Counted from the first letter of the stretch, positions 36,273 through 46,773 are shown. The stretch is DNA of 57,976 nt from Pseudomonadota bacterium (GCA_947498315.1 CANMLD010000005.1:1-57976), one strand, 5' to 3'. Translations and numbers: made by a program. The notes: a model not told the origin generated them from the letters alone.

Positions 36273-37478
36273 TTGTTCACCCTTCCTCCCTTCTGGACGC
36301 CGTGCCTATGGGCGCTCATGTCGGTTGCTTGCGCTGGTGGCTCTGACGGGGCGACGTCGCCCGACTCCGGGACATCGGACGACAGCACCACCAGCGACGC
36401 CGGGTCCATGCCATCCGACTCGACAGTCCAAGGCGATGCCGACGAGACCACTGAAGACAGCAGAGACACCGGCGCGGGTGAAGACCCCGAGGTCCTTGCC
36501 GACATCGCCACGCCTGAGGACGGTCGCGGCGAGAACGACTTCGTCGAGCTTTCGACGGCCATCGACACTGCCCCAAGCAGCCTCGACGCACCAGAGCCGA
36601 AGGACGTCCAAGACGCCATCTCCTTCGTGCTCGACTGCGACGTCTACTGCGCCCTGATGGCCGACGTCTGCGACGAAGACAACGCTCAGTACGCCAATGC
36701 CGCCGGCTGCAAAGCTGCCTGCGCTACCTTCTCGCTAGGACCACCGTCAGACGCGACGGGGAACTCTCTTACTTGCCGTTATGGCCGCGCCTTGATGGCT
36801 GAACAGACTCTTGGCGATCCGACCACCCTGTGCGTTGAAGCGGGTCCCACGGGCGGCGACGCGTGTGGCTCCGTGTGCGCTGGCTTCTGTACCATCGCGC
36901 AGGAGCTCTGCATCTCGACGTGGGTGGGGCTCGACTGCGAGGGCGTCTGCGACAACTTCCCGGAGGGCTCTACGTCGTGCCGAGTCGACGCGGCGATCGC
37001 AGGCGACTGCTCATCGACGACCCCATCGCAGGGCGGCGCTTGCGAAGCGCCGGTGCCGAGCGGCGACAACTGCGGCAACGCTTTTACTGTCAGCTCGCTC
37101 CCGTTCACTGGGAGTGGCGACACGACGGACGCCACGGACGACTACCACTACTCCCTTGGCCTCTGCGGCGGCGAGTTCGGCGGCAGTGGCGGCAAGGGGG
37201 CCAAAGACCAGGTCTGGAGCTACACCGCGTCGTCACCCGAGACCCTACGCATCGAGCTCAGGGCGAAGGGCGACTACGACTCCATCCTCTACGTCACCTC
37301 CGGCTGCGAGGACGTCTCCGCGGAGTGCCTCGACAAGAAGGATTCCGTCGGCTTCCAACCCGCCGAGATCATCGAGTTGGGCGTGAGCGCGGGTCAGACC
37401 CTCTACTTCGTCGTCGACGCGTCGGGCCCCTCGGCGGCGGATGCAGGGAGTTACGAAGTGAAGGTGTCATCGCTGTGA
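36273..37478 (+). CDS. Cys-rich lipoprotein with a C-terminal PPC-like beta-sandwich
   Basis: MSVAC lipobox; acidic linker; CxxYC...GNSLTCR; SGDNC...GDTT...DQVWSY...DSILYV...YFVVD. Start uncertain. Confidence 0.75.
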   Translation: MFTLPPFWTPCLWALMSVACAGGSDGATSPDSGTSDDSTTSDAGSMPSDSTVQGDADETTEDSRDTGAGEDPEVLADIATPEDGRGENDFVELSTAIDTAPSSLDAPEPKDVQDAISFVLDCDVYCALMADVCDEDNAQYANAAGCKAACATFSLGPPSDATGNSLTCRYGRALMAEQTLGDPTTLCVEAGPTGGDACGSVCAGFCTIAQELCISTWVGLDCEGVCDNFPEGSTSCRVDAAIAGDCSSTTPSQGGACEAPVPSGDNCGNAFTVSSLPFTGSGDTTDATDDYHYSLGLCGGEFGGSGGKGAKDQVWSYTASSPETLRIELRAKGDYDSILYVTSGCEDVSAECLDKKDSVGFQPAEIIELGVSAGQTLYFVVDASGPSAADAGSYEVKVSSL

Positions 37479-37630
37479 ACGACGCAGGGGGCTCGGCCAA
37501 AGTGGAACGGGAGAGGTAGGCGCGCCGCGCGCCACTCACCGCGGGCCACGGTCGAAGGCATGGACTCGGCAGTTCGAGGACTTGGGCTCATGCGATCAAC
37601 GTTCAGTGGGGAAACCCACGAAGCGAAGCG

Positions 37631-39949
37631 CTAGTAGTCTGGCTGCGTGCGAATTCGGCCCCGCCATGGCGTGCGAAAGAGCTGCTCGCGTAGCGCCTTC
37701 GCCTCAGCCGGTGGCGCCCAGATGGCCGCGTACCGAATCATGTGTTCGATGACTTTCCGAAGGTAGTTACGGCTTTCGTGGGTCGGGATGTCTTCGACGA
37801 AGACGTCGAACGGCACCGATGGATCCCGAGTGCGCTCGAGCAGCGCGTTCATGAGCCGTGGGCCCCCGTTGTACGCGCCAACGGCGAGCGGCAAGTGGCC
37901 ATCATATTTCCGAGAGAGCGCGCCCAGATAACGCGTCGCCCAACGTAGATTCCACTTGGGTTCGAGCAGCATCCACCGCTGGTAGTCGTCCTTCATCTCG
38001 CCCGCGAGCCGTCGACCCGTTCGGTCGAGGAGCTCGACGAGTCCGAAGGCGGGAGCGCCTGAGATCATCCAAGGCTTGAAGCGAGACTCCTGCAGCATGT
38101 GGGCGTAGACCATCCACTCCGGGACCTGATTGAGGCGTGCGGCTGGGGCCACATGGGTCCCGTAGGCTCGCGGGTAGACCGCACGCCAGGCGGAGAGGGT
38201 CTCGGCCGTCGGGGCTGACCGAAGCACCTTGCCGTGTTTACGCCTCGCGTCGGAGCGCCGGGCCGCCCAGCTCTCGAGCGGTTCGGCCAGCGCCGAGTCG
38301 AGCTGGGCGAAGGTCGCTGTCCCGAGCTGCCGAGTGAGAGGCCCTTTGAGCTTGCCGAGCACGGCTCGTCCGACATCGGGTTCACCGAGATGAGACGCGA
38401 CGCGAATCGCGACGAGCTCGGGCGACGACGGAAGGTCCTTCCATGCGAGGGGCAGAGGAGCAGGTCCGAACGTAACGGGACGTGGTGACGGCTCGCCGAG
38501 CTGCTCGATGCGCCACTCCGCGAGGGCCGAATAGTAGGTGAGCGGGAACTTCACGATGAGCTCCCGCCACGTCTGAATGGCAGCGGCGCGGCTCCCTTGC
38601 AGCTCCTGCGCCCGGGCGATCCAGTATCTGGCCTTGCCGCCGACGAGCGGGTTGGGGCTCCCGAGGAGGCGCCTCATCGAGCGAATCGCGCCAGCGTGAT
38701 CGCCCGCCTGAAGTCGCCAGAACCCGACGAACCACGCATACTTGCCGTGATCGAAGCCGCCTTTGTGCGAGCCAAGGAACGCCTCGAGGTCGCGTGCGGC
38801 CTGGGCGCTCTTGCCGACCTGGTGGAGCAGACGGACCCGGTCGTAGTGCGCCTCGATCAGCTCCGTGATCGGCGCGGTCACCTGGACGATGGTCTCGCGA
38901 AAGCGCTTCTCGGCGCCCTCGGCGAGCGGCAAGTCGCCGTAGCGTGCGAGCCAGAGTTCGAAGGTCTTCAGCGCCGAGTCCGTCTGCCCGGTCTTACCTA
39001 GGGCGAGCGCGAGCGAGAGGAGGGACTTACGGGCCTCCGGCGCCTCGGGGGCCGATGCGGGACCGAAGTAGAGCGCCGCGCCCCTCGGGTCGTCACGGAG
39101 GCGCTCAGAGCCGATCTTGCCGAGGAAGTAGCCAACCCGATCGGCGTAGAGGCCGCGCTGCCAGAGCCAGAGGGCTTCTTCGCGGCACGCCTCATAGGCA
39201 CGGTGCTCGAACAGCCTCTGGACCCGGTCGAGACGGTCCCGGTTCGACAAGCGGGCGAGGCCCCCCATTCGCACGAGCGCCGCGTCGGCGAGCTCTGACT
39301 CGGGGTACGAGAGCGCGAGTCGCCGGTCGATCCGAGCGGCAGCATCGGCATCGAAGGTCGCGGTCAGGCGGGCGGCGCGATCGAGGAGCTCGTCGACCGG
39401 CAGTCGAATCCGCGACAGCTCGATGGTCGCGAGCGCCGCAGCGGCCGCCGCCTTCGGCGATAGCACCTTCTCGTCGAGCCGAGATTTCCGGAGCGCTGCC
39501 TCATGGGTCCGAAACTCGGAGGAGCGCTGCCGCAGCGTCGTGAGCAGACGGTGCGCATCGACCAAGCGCCCTTCGGCGACCATCACGTCGATCTCCGCGT
39601 AGGTTCGTGCATCCGAGGAGATGGTCCCGATGAAGCCGGACGCCTCGAAGGCCCTGCGAGCCAAGACAGCATCGCCGCGGCGTGACCAGATCCGGGCGAG
39701 CATGTGGCTCGCGGCCGCCTTGACCGCCTCGGTGGGCGATGCCTCTATTCGAACGAGTATCGGCAGGGCCGCGTCTTCATCAAGACGCTGAAGGGCCTCG
39801 GCCGCCTGATCGAGCAGAGACCAGTCGTCGCCGGGAAGGTCGCGGGCGCGCGACGGCACCGCCGCAACCATGGCCATTGACCACAGAGCCAAGAGTCGAC
39901 GACGTGCGGAGATCGTCGCGAATGCGGCAGTGAAGGCGGTTCGTCGCAC
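37631..39949 (-). CDS. Slt70-like lytic transglycosylase with TPR-like repeats
   Basis: ARYWIARA and FPLTYYS; catalytic QESRF; AFGLVEL (GLMQ-like); AYNGGP; ESRNYLRKV. Confidence 0.88.
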   Translation of the reverse strand: MRRTAFTAAFATISARRRLLALWSMAMVAAVPSRARDLPGDDWSLLDQAAEALQRLDEDAALPILVRIEASPTEAVKAAASHMLARIWSRRGDAVLARRAFEASGFIGTISSDARTYAEIDVMVAEGRLVDAHRLLTTLRQRSSEFRTHEAALRKSRLDEKVLSPKAAAAAALATIELSRIRLPVDELLDRAARLTATFDADAAARIDRRLALSYPESELADAALVRMGGLARLSNRDRLDRVQRLFEHRAYEACREEALWLWQRGLYADRVGYFLGKIGSERLRDDPRGAALYFGPASAPEAPEARKSLLSLALALGKTGQTDSALKTFELWLARYGDLPLAEGAEKRFRETIVQVTAPITELIEAHYDRVRLLHQVGKSAQAARDLEAFLGSHKGGFDHGKYAWFVGFWRLQAGDHAGAIRSMRRLLGSPNPLVGGKARYWIARAQELQGSRAAAIQTWRELIVKFPLTYYSALAEWRIEQLGEPSPRPVTFGPAPLPLAWKDLPSSPELVAIRVASHLGEPDVGRAVLGKLKGPLTRQLGTATFAQLDSALAEPLESWAARRSDARRKHGKVLRSAPTAETLSAWRAVYPRAYGTHVAPAARLNQVPEWMVYAHMLQESRFKPWMISGAPAFGLVELLDRTGRRLAGEMKDDYQRWMLLEPKWNLRWATRYLGALSRKYDGHLPLAVGAYNGGPRLMNALLERTRDPSVPFDVFVEDIPTHESRNYLRKVIEHMIRYAAIWAPPAEAKALREQLFRTPWRGRIRTQPDY

Positions 39950-40053
39950 GCGGCAGCTCCTAAGGGCCTGTCACGAAAGTACACGAGATGCGGTGCCGCG
40001 ATCAGTTTACTGCTACCTACGGCTACCGCCCCGGATTGAACAGCGAGCCCGAC

Positions 40054-43000
40054 TCAGAAGCTCAGGACGCCGCCTTGGGCCCCAGCAGCCCCATCGGCGC
40101 CAGGCGCAACGGGGCTGGCCCCGCCAAGTCCAGCGTTGCCACTGGTCCCCATGACGACAAACGAGGAGGCGGCGCCGTACCCCACGGGGGCGCTGATGCC
40201 GACCAGGAGGATGCCAACGCTCGCGCCCCCACAACCGCCGCCGCCACCGCCGCCGTCGCCGCCAGCGCCACCCGCGCCACCGCTCCCGCCACCGGCACTA
40301 CAGAACGCGTTTGACACCTGGGAACCACTGGCGCCACCCGCGCCGCCCGCACCGCCGAGCCCACCCGTGCCAGCCGGGCCACCTCCACCGCCTGCCCCGC
40401 CAGCGCCGCGTACCCAGATGTTGCCACTCTCCGTCGGGGCCGTCCCTCCGGAGACGAACAGGGCGACGCTGGCACCGCCGCCACTCCCGCCGCCGCCACC
40501 ACCACCACCGCAGCCGCTGCTGCCCCCGCCACCACCGCTGCCGCCGACATCGTCGAAGCCGCCCTTGAGCAGGTCGCAGTTGACCGTCTCGACGCCTCCC
40601 GCGGCGCCGCCACCGCCGCCACCCGCGCCAGCGAGCCCCGAGGTCCCGGGAGCCCCGTCTCCGGAGACGATCAAGTGGTCAAGGGCTTGCAGACCGCTAA
40701 CGCAGGCGCTACCTGCTTTGCCTGAGGGGCCCGAGTCGCCGCTCTCGCCGGCCTTCCCGGCTTTGTCGCTCGAAGGCAGCAAGGTGCAGCTCTCGCAGTT
40801 CTGGAGAGCGGCCGTCTTGCAGTCGAAGCCTGACGCGGCGGCCCAGAGGTGGTGGATGGTCGCGTCCCGCCCGGCGGTGCCGCCGATGCCGGCGCCGACG
40901 CCGACGCCCGCTTGACCCGACTCGGCTGGTTTTGGGAGTTGGAGATAAGGGCTTCCAGGGCAGGCGTTGCCGGCAGCGTCTTCGTCGAAGTCCGGGCAAA
41001 CCGCCTTGCCGCCAACCCCGCCGGAGACGTCAACTGCGCCACACGACTTGACGCCTCCTGCGCCACCGTCGTGCTCGTGGACGGCCGCACACTCGCTCTG
41101 GCCGATGTCACCGCCGCTGATGCCCGCTTCACCGCTATCGCCCGGCTCGCCGGTAGTCCCGGGCGATCCAGGCCGTCCGGGGAAGCCGACGCCGGCCACG
41201 ACCCGAAGATCGGCCAGGACGAGCGCAGAGCCGCACTCGCGGACGTAGACGCCGATGGAGTTTGGGGCGACATCGGTCCCGGGGGCGGCGTAGACCGTGA
41301 AGCCGGAGAAGCGCGTGGGCCCAACTACACCGACGCCGATGGCGTTCACGGCGCCGGGCAACACGCCACCGCTGCCGCCAGCGCCACCGCTGCCGCCAGC
41401 GCCACCGCTGCCTTCAGCTTCCGCCAAGATCGCGGTTGGTGACGGCGCCGCGCCGGCCTCGAAGCCGAAGCCGACCGGGAAGCCGCCCCAGACGGAGATC
41501 CCATCGACGAGCTCGACGCGCTCCTCGTAGACGCCCGTGGCGACGTAGACGTGGCCGCGGCCTAGCGAGACGGCTTTGTCGAGGCCAAGCACGATGGTTG
41601 GGAGCGGGTCGAACCGTGACCCCGCCGCCCCCACCTTGCCCGACGTGGCGACGAAGACCGCGGTCCCCTCGTCGCCGTCGACACCGTCGCAGTTCTGATC
41701 AACGCCGTCAGGCTGATCGATCGCGACCGACAGCGTGCATTCGCAGCCGTTGCCAGGGTTGCCATCGACGTCGAAGCGTCCGTCCTGACACAGGAAAGAA
41801 CAGTCAGGGACGGCGCCCGACGGGTCGCAGAATCCGGTGGACGCGGGCGGCGGTGACGCGAGGCAGTTGTTGCCACACACTCCACAATGTTGTCCCGCGA
41901 CGTAGCGCCCATCGACGTCGACGAAGGGCCCATCCACGGTCCCGTCGCAGTCGTTGTCGACGCCGTCGCATGCGTCAGCGGGCGTCTCGCAGGCGCTCCA
42001 TCCAGCGTCCGTGCAGACTTCTCGGCCGGGGCAGGTGATGACGGGGCCACTCTCAGGAGGGTCAGTCGGCTCACCCTCTCCTGGGTAATAGGTGACTTCG
42101 CACGGACGCTCGAGTCCGAGGCTCTGCCCAGAACACCCGCACGAGCCGCTGTTCGGCGTGCAGACCTGCGCGGCCTCTCCCGACCCTTCGGCCGCAGCGC
42201 TCTTGCAGCCGTAACCCAGCGGGCAATCTCCACCGGGGCCACATGGGAGAGCGCAGGCCTTCCCTTCGCCCGTCGCACCGACGTTCGGAGCCAGGCAGAC
42301 GCTCCCAGAGACGCCGCAGTCGGCGGCGACGACGCACGGCGCGCACAAGGTGGGCGGGAGGGGGCTGCACTGGACCGGGCTGGTCTGGACGTAGCCCGAT
42401 AGGCAGGCTTTCACAGCACAGTAAGGCGCAGCCGCCGCGTCGCCGAGGCCGTCGCTTCGGCACTCCGAGAGCGCGTTTGGGATCGCCTCCGCGCAAGTGC
42501 TTCCACACGCGCCGCAGTGTGCGTCGTCGGCGTACACGGGGACCGAGCCGGACGCATCCTGGAAGTCCTCATCGGTGAGTCCGTCGCAGTCGTCGTCGAC
42601 GTAGTTACACAGCTCGAGCGCCGGCTCGCGCGCCGTACAGAACTGACCCGCCGCGCCGTAGCAAAGCGACTCTCCTTCACACGTGCCGAGTTCGCTTTTC
42701 CGAGTGCAGACGGCAGTCTCACCACCGCCAACGGCTTCATCGAGCTCACCGTCACAGTCGTTGTCCTTGCCATCGCACAGCTCTTCGGTTGGCGTCTTCG
42801 CGGTGCAACCGGCGAAGGCCGTGCCGTTGCACGTCTCGAATCCAGGACAGGCGCCGAACGCGTTCGTGGTGGTGCAGGAGCGCACGGCTCCGATGCTCAA
42901 TGGCGAGCAGTCGCAAGTCCCGCTGGTGGGACGGCAATAGGAGGCCGTGTCAGCGGCGTTGGGCTCGCACGCGAAGCCTTCCGGACAGTCGCCGGGCTCG

Positions 43001-43494
43001 TCGCACGTCGTGGCGCAAAAGGACGCCCCACCGATCTCGAGACACGATCCGCCGCGACAGGAGATGTCCGACTCGCAAGGCACGCAGAGCAGGCTGGCGT
43101 TGGGAATACAGACGAAGGTCACGTCTTGACCGGCCGTCGCGACGCCCTTGCAACCCCAACCGGCGGGACAGTCCGTGACGCAGGCCTCGGAGCACTGATA
43201 GCCCGAGGGGCCGGCCACACAGAAACCGGACACGCAGTCGAGATTATCACCGCAGGGAGCGGCAAAAGCGCCGGTCCCGGAGACGGTCTCCGGGTCGCCC
43301 GTCATGGTGTCCTCTTCACTGCCGGCATCACCACGTGGGGCGTCGAACCCGACGACGTCTCGCGGCGTCGTGTCGCCTATCGGCGGCGTCGACTGCTCTT
43401 CGTCGCCGCACGCGCTCAGGACGAGGGCCACGAGTAGGGAGAAGCCGCGTGCGAAGCGGCGCGTCGAGGTTACGTCGTGAAGTTGGAGTCGCAT
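40054..43494 (-). CDS. Large Cys-rich lipoprotein with ExCDGxDNDCDG repeats, a beta-helix-like domain and a Gly-rich (PGRS-like) C-terminus
   Basis: ATG 43494, ...LVALVLSAC lipobox; ELCDGKDNDCDG repeats; VFVATSG...VYVATGVYEE; polyglycine tracts. Confidence 0.85.
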   Translation of the reverse strand: MRLQLHDVTSTRRFARGFSLLVALVLSACGDEEQSTPPIGDTTPRDVVGFDAPRGDAGSEEDTMTGDPETVSGTGAFAAPCGDNLDCVSGFCVAGPSGYQCSEACVTDCPAGWGCKGVATAGQDVTFVCIPNASLLCVPCESDISCRGGSCLEIGGASFCATTCDEPGDCPEGFACEPNAADTASYCRPTSGTCDCSPLSIGAVRSCTTTNAFGACPGFETCNGTAFAGCTAKTPTEELCDGKDNDCDGELDEAVGGGETAVCTRKSELGTCEGESLCYGAAGQFCTAREPALELCNYVDDDCDGLTDEDFQDASGSVPVYADDAHCGACGSTCAEAIPNALSECRSDGLGDAAAAPYCAVKACLSGYVQTSPVQCSPLPPTLCAPCVVAADCGVSGSVCLAPNVGATGEGKACALPCGPGGDCPLGYGCKSAAAEGSGEAAQVCTPNSGSCGCSGQSLGLERPCEVTYYPGEGEPTDPPESGPVITCPGREVCTDAGWSACETPADACDGVDNDCDGTVDGPFVDVDGRYVAGQHCGVCGNNCLASPPPASTGFCDPSGAVPDCSFLCQDGRFDVDGNPGNGCECTLSVAIDQPDGVDQNCDGVDGDEGTAVFVATSGKVGAAGSRFDPLPTIVLGLDKAVSLGRGHVYVATGVYEERVELVDGISVWGGFPVGFGFEAGAAPSPTAILAEAEGSGGAGGSGGAGGSGGVLPGAVNAIGVGVVGPTRFSGFTVYAAPGTDVAPNSIGVYVRECGSALVLADLRVVAGVGFPGRPGSPGTTGEPGDSGEAGISGGDIGQSECAAVHEHDGGAGGVKSCGAVDVSGGVGGKAVCPDFDEDAAGNACPGSPYLQLPKPAESGQAGVGVGAGIGGTAGRDATIHHLWAAASGFDCKTAALQNCESCTLLPSSDKAGKAGESGDSGPSGKAGSACVSGLQALDHLIVSGDGAPGTSGLAGAGGGGGGAAGGVETVNCDLLKGGFDDVGGSGGGGGSSGCGGGGGGGGSGGGASVALFVSGGTAPTESGNIWVRGAGGAGGGGGPAGTGGLGGAGGAGGASGSQVSNAFCSAGGGSGGAGGAGGDGGGGGGGCGGASVGILLVGISAPVGYGAASSFVVMGTSGNAGLGGASPVAPGADGAAGAQGGVLSF

Positions 43495-43662
43495 CGTCGG
43501 CGCATCGGCTCGATGGCACGCTACCTTGAGGTGCCGGTTCGTTGGGAATTCAGCCCGCGAGCCCGCGAGCTTCTCGACCGTGAGGAGCGGACGGGTTACT
43601 TCCCTTCGCCGTCGCCACTCTGGCTGCACGCATCCCGCGATCCATGGAACAAGCCACTCTTC

Positions 43663-44973
43663 GTGACGACCTTCGACCTGCTCCGGCTCTCCCTCGTCCG
43701 CTTCGCGGCGTCCTTCCTGGTCCTTCTCACGACGGGGATCCTGAACCGGCTCGTCATTACCGAGCTCGGGGTGTCGGCGATCCTGGCGACACTCCTCTTC
43801 TCGCTGCAGCACTTCGCGAGCCCACTGGCGCTTTGGACCGGCCGGATATCGGATCGGGCGACCGTCATGGGCCGGCGTCGCACGCCCTTCATCATGGCCT
43901 TCACCATCGTCGCTGCGGTTCCAGTCCCCTTCCTGCCCGATCTGCTGACGAGCCTCGACCGTGCATCGAGCGTGGTGCTGGCCGGAGTCTCGCTCGCGGT
44001 CATCGGGTTCGGCCTGAAGGCGGCCAACTTGCTCGTGAGCGCTCTCATCGTCGATCAGGTGGGAGATGCGGAGGTGCGTGGACGACAGCTCAACATGGTC
44101 TGGGTGATGGCGATCGCTGGCTTCATCGCGGGCGGTGTCGTCTTCGGGTGGGCGCTCCCCGAGTTCGATCCGGCGAAGGCGCTCGACGTCGATCGGCTAC
44201 GGCTCGTCGCGACGCTCACGGCGGTCGCGGTCGTTCTCGTTACGCTGGTTGGCGTCACAGGCGCGGAGACGCGCGCAGCCGAGGACCTACGTCCCTTCCC
44301 GGAGTCGGTCCCCGTGGGCATGAAGACCGGAGAGGTCCTCAGGAGGCCTGAGCTGAGGCGTGCGTTAGTCTTCCTCGCGCTCTCCGACCTCGCCTTCTTC
44401 CTTCAGGAGTTCATCCTCGAACCCTTCGGTGGCGACGTGTTCGACTTGCCACCATCCGTCACCACCTCGTTCAATATCACTTGTGGTGCCGGCATGTTGC
44501 TCTCGATGGTCGCGGCAAGTGGCCTCGGGATATTGCAAGGGAGCTTCCCGACGAGGGCCGTGCTGCGGACGGCGAATGTCGCCGGCGCCGTGGCTTTCAT
44601 CGCGCTCGCAGCGGCTAGCCTCACGTCGGAGACGCGGCCTCTTGGCGCGTCGCTGCCCGTCGTCGCCATCTTCGTGCTTGGCGCCGCGAAAGGGCTCTAC
44701 AACACCGGCCTCTCACACCGGTTCATGGCGCTCGCTAGCCCCGCAGACGCAGGCGTCGTAATGGGCGCGTGGGGCGCCATCGGCGGCTTTTCGATGGCCG
44801 TCGGCGGCCTCCTTGGCGGTGTTCTAATAAGCCTGGGCGAGACCCTGGGCATCGAGCTGCGGGCGAGCTATGGGCTCGCCTTCGCCTTCGAAGGCTTTTT
44901 ACTACTGGCGGCACTGGCCTTCATCCGAGAGCCGAAGCTCTCGACGCCAGCGAGGCCGGACTTGGGACTATAG
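43663..44973 (+). CDS. BCD-family (PucC/LhaA-like) MFS transporter
   Basis: RLSLVRF, LNRLVITELG, GRISD...GRRRTPFI and ILEPFGGDVF are PucC-family hallmarks; about 12 TM segments. The start (GTG) is inferred. Confidence 0.8.
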   Translation: MTTFDLLRLSLVRFAASFLVLLTTGILNRLVITELGVSAILATLLFSLQHFASPLALWTGRISDRATVMGRRRTPFIMAFTIVAAVPVPFLPDLLTSLDRASSVVLAGVSLAVIGFGLKAANLLVSALIVDQVGDAEVRGRQLNMVWVMAIAGFIAGGVVFGWALPEFDPAKALDVDRLRLVATLTAVAVVLVTLVGVTGAETRAAEDLRPFPESVPVGMKTGEVLRRPELRRALVFLALSDLAFFLQEFILEPFGGDVFDLPPSVTTSFNITCGAGMLLSMVAASGLGILQGSFPTRAVLRTANVAGAVAFIALAAASLTSETRPLGASLPVVAIFVLGAAKGLYNTGLSHRFMALASPADAGVVMGAWGAIGGFSMAVGGLLGGVLISLGETLGIELRASYGLAFAFEGFLLLAALAFIREPKLSTPARPDLGL

Positions 44974-45833
44974 GTGGCGATGAGCTCTGGCGCCGTCCCC
45001 CGGGTGGCGCCAGCGCGGCTGATGCTGCGCCAGATGTCGAATTGGTGGAGCTCGGCCCTGGCGTAGAGCTCGCGACTGAGCTCGGTGTCGTGATTCGAAA
45101 TGACGACGGTGGCGCCGCGATCGGCAGCCCGTACGGCGGCCTGCGCCAGCCGCAGCTGATCGGCGAAGTCGAAGCCGTCGGCCCCGTAGCTCGCGAAGTT
45201 CGCCGTATCGGAGAGGGGGACGTAGGCCGGATCGCAATAGACGATGTCGCCCGCTTTCGCGTCATCGAGCAGCACCTCGAAGTCGCCTGCCGGCGCGAGC
45301 GTGACGGACTTCAGCCGTTCGGCAAGATGGAGGAGCTCGTCCCGTGCAAACGAGACGAACGAGAAGCGCCCAAACGGCACGTTGAAGATCCCTTTGCTGT
45401 TCTCGCGGTAGAGCCCGTTGAAGGCGTGCTTGTTCAGATAGAAGAAGAGCTGCGCTCGTCGTTCGGGATCGGTCGACGCGTTGAACTCGGCTCGAAGGTG
45501 GTCGAAGACCTCACGTGTGTTCCCCGACGGCGCGAAGAGCGGTTCGAGGCTGTCCACGAAGGCCCGGCCGCGCGACCTGAGCGCCGAGTAGAAGTTCATG
45601 AGCACCGCGTTCTTGTCGCAGACGACGCTCGGGACCAGAGGCACATTGAGGAGCACGGTGAGCGACCCTGCAAACGGCTCTATGAAGCGACCGCGCCGAC
45701 CGAGCGGAAGCGCCTCGAGGATCGGGATCAGCATGGGGAGCACCCGCGCCTTACCGCCTGCCCACTTCAAAGGAGAGCGTACGAACGGCAAACGCGTTGG
45801 CGTGGAGAGTCGAGACTGGCCGATTGCGATCAC
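44868..45833 (-). CDS. dam: Dam-family DNA adenine methyltransferase (orphan)
   Basis: PLKWAGGK, IEPFAGS, FNGLYRENSKGIFNVPFG, YCDPAY, ISNHDT. Confidence 0.88.
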   Translation of the reverse strand: MIAIGQSRLSTPTRLPFVRSPLKWAGGKARVLPMLIPILEALPLGRRGRFIEPFAGSLTVLLNVPLVPSVVCDKNAVLMNFYSALRSRGRAFVDSLEPLFAPSGNTREVFDHLRAEFNASTDPERRAQLFFYLNKHAFNGLYRENSKGIFNVPFGRFSFVSFARDELLHLAERLKSVTLAPAGDFEVLLDDAKAGDIVYCDPAYVPLSDTANFASYGADGFDFADQLRLAQAAVRAADRGATVVISNHDTELSRELYARAELHQFDIWRSISRAGATRGTAPELIATYSPKSGLAGVESFGSRMKASAASSKKPSKAKASP

Positions 45834-46010
45834 AGCCGCACCCTAGCCGCGTGAGCCCGCTGTGTCATCTGGGGCTTCCCAACCGGATTTATTTTGCAGT
45901 GTAGTCCCGTTTTGCAACGGGGCTGTCTCGAAATCGGACCGCATTTGAGACAGAGGCGACGGCGACGACTGCGCCCTAGAGGCGGCACGGTTCTGGCTCA
46001 GGGGGGCTTC

Positions 46011-46736
46011 ATGAACCTCACCACCACCGCGCTCTCCGTCTTCGACCATCTCCATCGGTGTCCGTCCGTGACGGTCTTCGAAGCCCACGTCGCCCCGCCG
46101 CGCGACGAGAGCGCCCATCTTCGCGCGCTCGGGCGTCTGCGTTTCGGAGACGAGGCAGCGTCTCGGCTCATCGCCTCTTTGCCGGAGGTAAGACTCTCAT
46201 GGGGGCTGCGTGGCGAACGCGCTGTGCTCGGATCCATCAGGCTCCCTGGTGCGGACGTGGTCGTGGCGACACTCCTCGATCGCTCACGGCCAGCCTCGTC
46301 GCACGCTCAGCGAGGCCCAGCGGGCGAGTTCGCGCTCGATGGGCTGGTCCTCGACGCCCGCTCCATCCCAGCGTGTGCAGTCGCAATCGATGTCTTCGAC
46401 TCGGGATTGCCCAGCGCCAAAGGCACGGCGAATCTCGTCGCGGTCGGCCGGCGAGTCGCGTCGCCGATCGTCATGATGCGGGGCTTTCACCCCCTGCCCT
46501 CACCAGGCTTCACCCTCGGCTCCTACTTGCGGCTCACCTTTGGGACCGCTGGACTGCTGATGCTGAGAGACGTCGAAGGAGGTGACGCCGCAGCGCTCGG
46601 GGCCCTCATGGACGACTCGCCGGCAGGCACGCTCCTACTGCCGATTCGCGACCTCGCTCAGCTCGCGGCAGGCCCCACGCGATTGCACCGCGGGCAAGCG
46701 TCCGACCGGGGAGAGCGCGATGGCGCGGGGTTCTAA
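46011..46736 (+). CDS. Hypothetical protein
   Basis: ATG 46011 after a GGGGG RBS-like run; fills the gap between dam and maiA; no recognisable motif. Confidence 0.55.
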   Translation: MNLTTTALSVFDHLHRCPSVTVFEAHVAPPRDESAHLRALGRLRFGDEAASRLIASLPEVRLSWGLRGERAVLGSIRLPGADVVVATLLDRSRPASSHAQRGPAGEFALDGLVLDARSIPACAVAIDVFDSGLPSAKGTANLVAVGRRVASPIVMMRGFHPLPSPGFTLGSYLRLTFGTAGLLMLRDVEGGDAAALGALMDDSPAGTLLLPIRDLAQLAAGPTRLHRGQASDRGERDGAGF

Positions 46737-46773
46737 CGTGGTTGGTACAGCAAACGGGGTGAGCCGCCCTCTT

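Noticed and set aside
43495-43812. Apparent head-to-head overlap of the Cys-rich lipoprotein and MFS ORFs
   Set aside because: It disappears with the more plausible starts at 43494 (-) and 43663 (+).
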